Below, one piece after another: positions 18,865 through 26,243 of a DNA stretch of 64,000 nt; the first letter of the stretch is position 1, and the number at the start of each line of letters is the position of its first letter. This DNA is from Spirochaetia bacterium (lineage in GTDB: Bacteria > Spirochaetota > Spirochaetia > DSM-27196 > Salinispiraceae). The notes under the pieces were generated by a model, which saw only the letters and a list, made by a program, of their open reading frames with translations, did not search any database and was not told where the DNA came from. Location: assembly GCA_038204425.1 (NCBI GenBank), contig JBBRCZ010000002.1, forward strand, positions 96,001 through 160,000, given 5' to 3'. The translations under genes were made by a program, and so were the position numbers.

Positions 18865-19784
18865 TGAGCCAAGCAAGTGAGCAAGAACTACGATCCCTTG
18901 AAGCCGTTATAAAAAACATCCAAGACTATCCGTATCGCATCAAAACCAAAGATGGCAAGCCTGGCGGTCTAATTGAGCTGCCAGAAACGATAGTTCCGAT
19001 TGTAGTCGGTGACTTACATACCGCTCTGGACAATTTAAAAGCCATTTTGAAGCACGATGACAATCATGCCAAGGTTCGCTCTGGAGAACGTACGCTTGTT
19101 TTTATTGGTGACATTATCCACAGTGACCAAACCGGCTTTATGAAAGACATGACAAGTTCGGTAGAGATTTTTACCTATATAATTGAAATCATGGCCGAAC
19201 GCCCCAAGGGGTTTATCTATTTAAAAGGTAACCATGACACCTTTGACGATCGACTAGTCAAAAGCGGCATTCTGCAAGGCAAAGAGTTTCGCAAAACACT
19301 AATTGAACAAAAAGGTCAAGCTTACACCGAAGCCGTAGAACAGCTATTTGATACCTTGCCACTTTTTATCAAAGGCAACGGCTTCATAATTACGCACGCT
19401 GGCCCGATTCGTGGTGGCAGTACGCGCGACGAGTTGATCAATATAAGAGACTATCCCGACAAACTGCATCAGTTGCTTTGGAATCGCGCTCATGAATTTC
19501 GCGGAACGCCTAGTCCAAAAGAATATGATGGAAAGGATATTGACGCAACTCTTGCAAAGCTGGGCATGAAGGACGATACTTTGTTTATTGTTGGGCATAA
19601 TCCTTTGTGGGGCACCGGAGAAAAGACGGGCATTTGGATGAATGTGACTGATATTCTCAATCACCACATTATTGTATCTAGTCCGGGCACACTCGCACCG
19701 TATTTCCTAATCCAGGATCAAAAACTGGAAGCCCGTTTTGCTAATGGCATTCAGAAAGAGGAACGGTACCACTATGGTGAATGA
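18861..19784 (+). CDS. Calcineurin-like metallophosphoesterase (PPP-type protein phosphatase-like)
   Basis: GDLH, GDIIH, GNHD, THAG, LLWNR, GHN motifs. Confidence 0.88.
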   Translation: MMSQASEQELRSLEAVIKNIQDYPYRIKTKDGKPGGLIELPETIVPIVVGDLHTALDNLKAILKHDDNHAKVRSGERTLVFIGDIIHSDQTGFMKDMTSSVEIFTYIIEIMAERPKGFIYLKGNHDTFDDRLVKSGILQGKEFRKTLIEQKGQAYTEAVEQLFDTLPLFIKGNGFIITHAGPIRGGSTRDELINIRDYPDKLHQLLWNRAHEFRGTPSPKEYDGKDIDATLAKLGMKDDTLFIVGHNPLWGTGEKTGIWMNVTDILNHHIIVSSPGTLAPYFLIQDQKLEARFANGIQKEERYHYGE

Positions 19785-20697
19785 ACAGAGCAGCCTGATA
19801 TCGATTGTACATGACCAAGATCTGATAGACTATTTTTACTTACAAAAGCCACTCGATGAACTAGTCGACATAATTGAGGGTCTGACCTTTAGCAAGTGTG
19901 GCAACTGTCACGACATTCCTTTTAATGCCTCAGTCAAAGGCTACCTCGGTGCAGTGGACAATAATGACCAAGCCTGGATTGTTAAACCAATCATTGGCGA
20001 AAAAGACACACTTTATCATCGCATAACTCAATTGGTGTACCTGTTGGATTTTCAGATGGCCACCCTTTCAACCCCTACCATGGTGTTAACCATCGATGGA
20101 AAAAAATATCGCGGTGCCAAAGTAGTGCCTAACTGCATCCAAATTTCCAGCTATGATTATTTAAAACAACCTTTTCTAAACATACTTACCAAGGATCTGA
20201 TAAATCGATGGCTTCAGTTTGATGAAGACCGCAATCCCAACAACTACATGGTGCTCAGAAACTCCAAAGACTATCCTTTGGTGGTGGCAATCGATTTTGA
20301 CAAGTCCGACTTAGAAAGTGAAGAAAATAAAATCGTAGGCACCGATGACAAGTTTGGCTGGATTCGGCACGAAAAGAACCGCTATCTTACCATGCTTAAG
20401 ACAGAAAACTTTGATAGGGTACCGCTTTCCGTCTTCGAAAAAAGACTTGAGCTAATGATGGCAATCGACCTTACCAAATTTGGATCCATAGCCACACGAC
20501 TCTTAGAAGGCTATTGTCCAGACCCTAAGGCTAAGGCACAGCAGATTATGGCCAATATCAAAAAGCGTAGAGAGTACATAAATAGCTACTTCCGAAAGTG
20601 GTTTAACGACCAAGACCAAGGCGCCATAAAAAAAGAAGAAGACGCCTACTCAGAAATGGGCGCCACCTTTATGAAAATGTATCGCAACAGCAAATAA
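19774..20697 (+). CDS. HipA/PI3-4-kinase-like atypical kinase
   Basis: AWIVK (beta3 Lys), DEDRNPNNY (catalytic loop), AIDFD (Mg-binding loop). Start trimmed to MVNEQ after GAGGAA. Confidence 0.75.
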   Translation: MVNEQSSLISIVHDQDLIDYFYLQKPLDELVDIIEGLTFSKCGNCHDIPFNASVKGYLGAVDNNDQAWIVKPIIGEKDTLYHRITQLVYLLDFQMATLSTPTMVLTIDGKKYRGAKVVPNCIQISSYDYLKQPFLNILTKDLINRWLQFDEDRNPNNYMVLRNSKDYPLVVAIDFDKSDLESEENKIVGTDDKFGWIRHEKNRYLTMLKTENFDRVPLSVFEKRLELMMAIDLTKFGSIATRLLEGYCPDPKAKAQQIMANIKKRREYINSYFRKWFNDQDQGAIKKEEDAYSEMGATFMKMYRNSK

Positions 20698-20896
20698 ACC
20701 TTTAACTCAGTAGACATAGTTATCCTCAAAATTCTGCATAACTGTTGGTCTTTTTTGGCAGCCCGTTGTGAGACCTGGACTTTGGTTTTTTTTTCAATTT
20801 GGTCGTTAACTGATTTATAGGCAATAATTTACAAAATGATTTACTGCGCTAAATATGAGTGTTGTCGTCATGTATTATAACTTAATCAAAAAATAT

Positions 20897-20925
20897 TTGA
20901 CAAGCAGTTTTTGGAGCACTAAGCT
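20897..20925 (+). promoter_or_regulatory. sigma70 promoter of the three-paralog operon
   Basis: TTGACA-N17-TAAGCT preceded by an A-rich tract. Confidence 0.7.
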
Positions 20926-21020
20926 GGAGATATGCAGTACTTAAGCGAAGATATTGTTAACTCCTAGCTTGGCTAATGGAAAAAATACTTTCGCTCAACT
21001 ATCGTCACAAGGAGGAATAG

Positions 21021-21719
21021 ATGGACAAGCAGACAGAAAAAATTATCGAACTGCAATGGTCCAAAGAGTCGATCATGGAAGTCGAAATCCAAATATTGGA
21101 AAACATGATTGGATGTCGAACGGTCGAAGCAGTTGAGGCCGCGGTTAGTTATGCGCGTTTCTTACACCTTTCCGGTTTGAACAACGACAACTATCCGTTG
21201 TTTCTTAAACTTCTAGAAGTTGAGAACCATTGGGTCATCGATGCCATGCTCGGACAAAAAGACCCATTTTTGTTATTGAGCCCTATCCAGCCCAACAACT
21301 ACCTGATTCAGCAAGACTTTAAGTTGCTGACCAAGTGGCACCCCGGTGGAATATATCCTAAGACTCTTGCTATCGTTTTGGGTATATTGCAGGCTGCATA
21401 CGCCTCGGCTAAAGACGGTAACAAGATCTATAAGGTCAGTATCAATGATGCCAACAATCTAGCCAAACATCTCAACAAGGAAACTGGCCAAGAAGATCCC
21501 AATAATCGTTGTATCCTTGACATTTTGGACCGACTTGGTTCTTTGGCCGGTGCTACTACCGACAACGAGATAGAGCAAATGGCTCGTCAAACCAACAGTA
21601 TTAGAACATTCTTTTTTGATAAGCGAAAGAAAATGGAAGATATTATTCCTCAAGTTCTCTTGGTTAAGTCGGACTACATCGCCAAAGAAACAGTTCCTGA
21701 AAAACTATTTGTGAATTAA
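21021..21719 (+). CDS. Unknown-family helical protein, paralog 2
   Basis: SD AAGGAGG; GCRTVE, NYPLFL, NHWVID, IQPN, IYPKTL, KHL, ILDILD, IPQVLL. Confidence 0.88.
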   Translation: MDKQTEKIIELQWSKESIMEVEIQILENMIGCRTVEAVEAAVSYARFLHLSGLNNDNYPLFLKLLEVENHWVIDAMLGQKDPFLLLSPIQPNNYLIQQDFKLLTKWHPGGIYPKTLAIVLGILQAAYASAKDGNKIYKVSINDANNLAKHLNKETGQEDPNNRCILDILDRLGSLAGATTDNEIEQMARQTNSIRTFFFDKRKKMEDIIPQVLLVKSDYIAKETVPEKLFVN

Positions 21720-21734
21720 GAAAGGAGGTACAAA

Positions 21735-22451
21735 ATGGTTGAGCTTTACGAAAAAAAAGAATCGTGGAATAACGAACAGATCTTTCAGATTGAATACAGC
21801 CTGTTAAAAGGCATAATGGGTTGCCGAACTACCGAAGCGGTAGAGGCATCAATGACCTACTCCAGCTTTCTCAACAGTGTAGGTATCACCAATGCCAACT
21901 ACCCTATATTTCTGAAGGTACTCACAACTAGGAACCATCACGTCATAGATTCCCTGCTCGGAACCCGTGACCCGTTCTTGTTTATGAGCTCCATTCAGCC
22001 AAACTACTTTATTGTAGCCACCTGTTTTAGCATACTTGCCAAGTATCTTAAGGGCGAAATATACCCAAAAACGCTTGGAATCATCCTTGGCGTGTTTCAG
22101 GCAACTTTTAATACGCCCCTTGACGGCTACAAAATTTACCCGCCTACTATAGCTGATATTAATAGTCTGGGTAAACACTTGGTAGAAGAAAAGGGTCAAG
22201 ACGACCTACTCAATCGCAGTATTCTGGACATTCTCGACAAAATGAGTGCACTTGAAGGACTTAATGTTGACGAAGATATGGAAGATCTTGCGGTGCATAG
22301 CCACAACATCCGAAACAACTTTTTCGATTCGGCTAAGAGGCTAGTAGAGGTGATACCGGAAGTATTGTTGCGCACCGAGCCCAACATGGAAAAAGATGTT
22401 GAGCCACGACGACAGGTTCCGACAGCTGAAGCTGATAAAGTTGCTGAATAG
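21735..22451 (+). CDS. Unknown-family helical protein, paralog 3
   Basis: SD AAGGAGGT; GCRTTE, NYPIFL, NHHVID, IQPN, IYPKTL, LGKHL, ILDILD, IPEVLL. Confidence 0.88.
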   Translation: MVELYEKKESWNNEQIFQIEYSLLKGIMGCRTTEAVEASMTYSSFLNSVGITNANYPIFLKVLTTRNHHVIDSLLGTRDPFLFMSSIQPNYFIVATCFSILAKYLKGEIYPKTLGIILGVFQATFNTPLDGYKIYPPTIADINSLGKHLVEEKGQDDLLNRSILDILDKMSALEGLNVDEDMEDLAVHSHNIRNNFFDSAKRLVEVIPEVLLRTEPNMEKDVEPRRQVPTAEADKVAE

Positions 22452-22518
22452 GCAGTTTTGAGAGCACAGTGACCTGGCGGTCAAAACCGCCAGGCGGTAT
22501 CCCTTTCAGGAGATAGAT

Positions 22519-23223
22519 ATGGCTGTACCAAACAAAGAGTTAGACAGAAATGAGCACGGCTGGCCCAAGGAAGAGATTGATGCTCTCGAGCTGACTGTCT
22601 TGAAAGAGATAATTGCTTGCAAAGAAGGTTGGGGCGTTAGTGCTGCTATGCGCTTTGCTTCATATATGAGCAAAAAAGTTGGCTTAAACTCCGACAACTA
22701 CCCAATTTTCTTTGACCTCATTGAGACAGGAAACAAATTTGTAATTGATACGCTCACCAAAGATGCCGCCCCCGAAACCTATTTTAAGGCAATTCAACCA
22801 AACGGCTTTATGATAGGAGAGTGTCTGCGAATGCTAACGTATTGGCAGTCTGGGGCGGTCTATGCCAAGAGCCTTCAGATCATATTTGGAATCCTAAAGC
22901 AGACCTATGAGAGTGCCACTGACGGCTATCGCTTGTACAAAATCGATATTCCTGAGGTCAATAACCTTGGTAAGCATCTGGACAAAGAAAAAGATCAGCG
23001 TGATCCGGTAAACCGCATCATCTTGTATATTTTAGACAAGATTGCTGGTCTTGTTGAGCCAGGTCAAGAAATTAGTGATCAAGCCTTGCTGGATGTTGCT
23101 ACCCAAGCAAATCACATTCGGGGTAAGTTCTTGGATCTTGACAAGACTCTCAACGAAGCTATTCCAGACTTGCTCTTGATTAAGGGTGACCTTACTCGAG
23201 TAGATATTGCTCCCTTAGAATAA
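22519..23223 (+). CDS. Unknown-family helical protein, paralog 4
   Basis: SD AGGAG; IAC, NYPIF, NKFVID, IQPN, VYAKSL, DGYRLY, LGKHL, ILD, IPDLLL. Confidence 0.88.
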   Translation: MAVPNKELDRNEHGWPKEEIDALELTVLKEIIACKEGWGVSAAMRFASYMSKKVGLNSDNYPIFFDLIETGNKFVIDTLTKDAAPETYFKAIQPNGFMIGECLRMLTYWQSGAVYAKSLQIIFGILKQTYESATDGYRLYKIDIPEVNNLGKHLDKEKDQRDPVNRIILYILDKIAGLVEPGQEISDQALLDVATQANHIRGKFLDLDKTLNEAIPDLLLIKGDLTRVDIAPLE

Positions 23224-23255
23224 ACATTGCTACGATGGAACTACGCTCATTTATG

Positions 23256-23287
23256 AAAGCTGCTTACCAAGGTAGGCAGCTTTTTTT
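23256..23287 (+). terminator. Rho-independent terminator
   Basis: AAAGCTGCTTACC-AA-GGTAGGCAGCTTTTTTT hairpin plus U-tract. Confidence 0.8.
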
Positions 23288-23320
23288 GTCTGTAGTACTG
23301 GAGGTCTTTTAAAAACAGTT

Positions 23321-24994
23321 TTAGCGACTTATGAAAATATCGCGGCTTGGTTGAATAATATCTGGGCTGCTAAGTACTGGATTGAGAACAATAAGTTTTT
23401 TAATAAATGCCTGCCAGCCATCCGCAACAAGTTCTTGAGAACCGCTAAATTTTAGCTCACCTTTTTTAATTGCTTCAAAAAGCACCCACAGACTCTGGCC
23501 ACTTGCCGCCTGCCAAACTTGCCTGCCTTCTATGGTGGCTATCTTTGCTTGCGTGTCATTATCTGGTGGTACATTTTCTATAGTATCAACTTGGTAGTGT
23601 TGGCTAGTTGCCTTCTCCTGAGTGTGATTGTTAAATATAAGCAGTAAAATGAGCACTACAATTGCTGCGCCGACTATCCCCGTGACTAACCAATGCTTGC
23701 GAGAAAAGCGCTGCAAACCAAGGCTATGCGGCACATTGTTCTCAATTTGCTTGCTGCTCGCTATATTTTGCGGTGATTGTGAACGTGTATGTTCTAGAAC
23801 TTCCAAGAGATGGCTGAGTTCTTTGCTCTTGCGATTAAAACTGATCTGATAGCGCTGACGTGTTTTGTTGTCGCCTGGCACAAGTTCGCTTGCGGACAAA
23901 ATATTTGGCTCATTCGCTTGGCCTGGCTGGGCAGGTTCTACTTTCTCAAGTGATTTGTTCTCGGAATCAGTCGAGTCAGCTAGGGCAGAAGCACTGGCAC
24001 TGTCCTCTGACGTTTTGGGCACGTGCATTGATGGGGGCTCAACTTGCTTATCTGAGTTTACTGATAGCGCTGATTTCTTAGCAAGTGGCTCTTGTTGCTT
24101 AAAAGGGTCGAGCTCTGGTGGCAAAGTTTCTTTGATCTGCCCAAGCGCGGCGATGGCCTTATTGGGCGGGACGTGTTTCTTGTTTGATAAAGCACTCACG
24201 GCTCGCAGCAGAGCTTGTTGGGCCCAAAAGTCCTCTTGAGACTGAGCCTCAGCCTGTGGCAGCATGTTCTTCTCGGGGATTAAAGCTTTTTTTGTGCTCA
24301 CATCTTGGTTCCAATCAAAAGCATCTTTGTCTACTTCTTCGTCAACATGGCTGTCCGCCAAAACAGAGGCTTGACGCTTTTCTACGTCCTTAATAACATC
24401 GCTTAGCTCAAGCATTGCTTCCAAGGCAATTTTTTCTATAATCGGAGGTAGCGGTGCATCAATCCGGCTCAAAAGTAAGTAGATAATTGCTCGATTTTGA
24501 TCGTAGAGATTATTACGGCAAAGTAGCTGGATAAGAAACAAGACAACGTTTTCTTTGTCAAAATTTGACTCAAAGAGATTAATTTGCAAGGCCTGATAAA
24601 TTGCTCGGTGGTAAGTCAAAAAAACTCGATCGGTGATCTCTTGGCTGATTTCATAGGGTATAGGCAATTCACCAGAAAAGAAGTGTTTATCAATAAATGC
24701 TCTGTCCCGTTTGGTTAGTTTGCCCGCCAGATGGCTATAGAATAGTTCGGAAATTTCTAGGGCAGGCAGATTGAGGTTGCGAAGACAGACTAAGGAAATT
24801 AGCTTTTCTTCAAGCGTGTCCACTTTGCCAAGGTGCTCAAGTATAATAGTCCTTAGCTGGGCATTGTCTTCAGGGTGCAGTTTAATTTCCAATAAAATAC
24901 GCGACAGTTCGGCTTCGGTTTGGTCACACCACGAATGCAAGCGAGCAAAACGCAGGCATTGCTCGAGTTTGGTGACAAAGGAAGCTTGTTCCAT
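23321..24994 (-). CDS. Bitopic membrane protein: helical N-domain, low-complexity linker, TM, LysM-like C-terminus
   Basis: TM WLVTGIVGAAIVVLILLLIF; C-terminal GQSLW...LNPVLSSPDIIQP resembles LysM. Confidence 0.65.
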   Translation of the reverse strand: MEQASFVTKLEQCLRFARLHSWCDQTEAELSRILLEIKLHPEDNAQLRTIILEHLGKVDTLEEKLISLVCLRNLNLPALEISELFYSHLAGKLTKRDRAFIDKHFFSGELPIPYEISQEITDRVFLTYHRAIYQALQINLFESNFDKENVVLFLIQLLCRNNLYDQNRAIIYLLLSRIDAPLPPIIEKIALEAMLELSDVIKDVEKRQASVLADSHVDEEVDKDAFDWNQDVSTKKALIPEKNMLPQAEAQSQEDFWAQQALLRAVSALSNKKHVPPNKAIAALGQIKETLPPELDPFKQQEPLAKKSALSVNSDKQVEPPSMHVPKTSEDSASASALADSTDSENKSLEKVEPAQPGQANEPNILSASELVPGDNKTRQRYQISFNRKSKELSHLLEVLEHTRSQSPQNIASSKQIENNVPHSLGLQRFSRKHWLVTGIVGAAIVVLILLLIFNNHTQEKATSQHYQVDTIENVPPDNDTQAKIATIEGRQVWQAASGQSLWVLFEAIKKGELKFSGSQELVADGWQAFIKKLIVLNPVLSSPDIIQPSRDIFISR

Positions 24995-25232
24995 CTAGAT
25001 GATTCCCCTTAGTCTATAATCGGCATAACAATCGCCAAAGTAAGCTAAGTCACCTACAATTGCTTATAATTATGGAGCAAGTTAGGACAACGTTGGCGGC
25101 CATAGGCTAGTCAAAATGCGAGAATTGCGACCAAAACCAATTTGTTAAAGAAGACAACCTTGAATTCGCTCGTGGCAAAGGTTTTGATCACGACCAAGAA
25201 CCGAGCATCCAACCTTTAAAACTGCTTGAGGC

Positions 25233-26243
25233 TCAATAAAAACGGGCAAGGTCCCATGTCTTGGTGAGTGCATTTCCTTGCAGCATGTGGTTTGCCAATT
25301 CAAGAGCGCACGCTGGTGCATACATAAATCCACGCGCGCCGAGGCCATTTAAAACATACAAGCCACCGTGCTCCGGCACCTTGCCTATAATTGGATTTCT
25401 ATCATCACAAATGGGTCTAACAGCCGAAATGCTGCCTTGCGTTTGCCACGTGCTCTGGTGCTCGTTACCCAAAAGTTCGTCAAGCAATTGCTCTAGCGCA
25501 AGAGCCAAATCTGCGGTTACCTTGGCATCGTCTTGCAGCGACTGTGGCAGTGCCCACTGGTAGTTGGCCCCAAAGCGCCAATGTATGCCTTGTTCATCTT
25601 CAGGAAGCAAGAAATGCTGCAAAAAGACTCCGCCTGGCAAAGCAGCTAATGGTAAATTTGCATTAGTTATCGCAGGCTTGTGACTCGTAAAACCCTCGGG
25701 TCTGGGCTTGCCTGTTTTAATGAGCAGGTATGTGCCGCTGGCCGCCTTCCAGCGAATACGTGACAACAGTGGATCAAACTTGGCTGAGTAACCAGTACAG
25801 AGCACCAGCAAGGGTGCGCTCAGTCCTGCACATTGCCAGCTGCTGCTGTCGCTCACATAAGTGGCCTGCGCGGCCGTGTGCCAGTAACACAAGCGCTTCA
25901 GCTGAGAACGCAGCACGCGCATATTAACCCTTAGGCCCTCAGATTTGACTGACCAAGACTTGTCTTGTTTTGTAAGAAACTCCTGCGTCCTTATACACTC
26001 AGGACTGTGATGGAGATACCATTCACGCGCTTGCAAAAACAAACGTTGCACGAGGCTTTGGTCGCGAGCTTTGCCAAGCAAATAAGGGTGCATCATGGCC
26101 GATGCCACGTCGCTTGCTCCGAGATCTGGGGCACTATCGATAATTGCCACCCGTAGTCCGCGGGTGTTTAATTCCAATGCCAAGCTGCATGATGCAATGC
26201 CGGCGCCAAGAATTAGACAGTCAAACTGGGTTTCATGATTCAT
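25233..26243 (-). CDS. FAD-dependent oxidoreductase (DAO/MnmC C-terminal-like)
   Basis: LGAGIAS, GASDVAS, AVRPICDDRNPIIG, NGLGARG motifs; ATGA-coupled to the upstream gene. Confidence 0.8.
   Translation of the reverse strand: MNHETQFDCLILGAGIASCSLALELNTRGLRVAIIDSAPDLGASDVASAMMHPYLLGKARDQSLVQRLFLQAREWYLHHSPECIRTQEFLTKQDKSWSVKSEGLRVNMRVLRSQLKRLCYWHTAAQATYVSDSSSWQCAGLSAPLLVLCTGYSAKFDPLLSRIRWKAASGTYLLIKTGKPRPEGFTSHKPAITNANLPLAALPGGVFLQHFLLPEDEQGIHWRFGANYQWALPQSLQDDAKVTADLALALEQLLDELLGNEHQSTWQTQGSISAVRPICDDRNPIIGKVPEHGGLYVLNGLGARGFMYAPACALELANHMLQGNALTKTWDLARFY

Noticed and set aside
18106..23223. Interpreting the paralog cluster as a prophage or mobile island
   Set aside because: No integrase, transposase, phage hallmark gene, flanking direct repeat or tRNA attachment site was seen.
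25072..25239. Short + strand frame (MEQVRTTLAAIG*SKCENC...) interrupted by one TAG
   Set aside because: No SD and no recognisable homology. Many ordinary genes here end in TAG, so amber recoding is unsupported.
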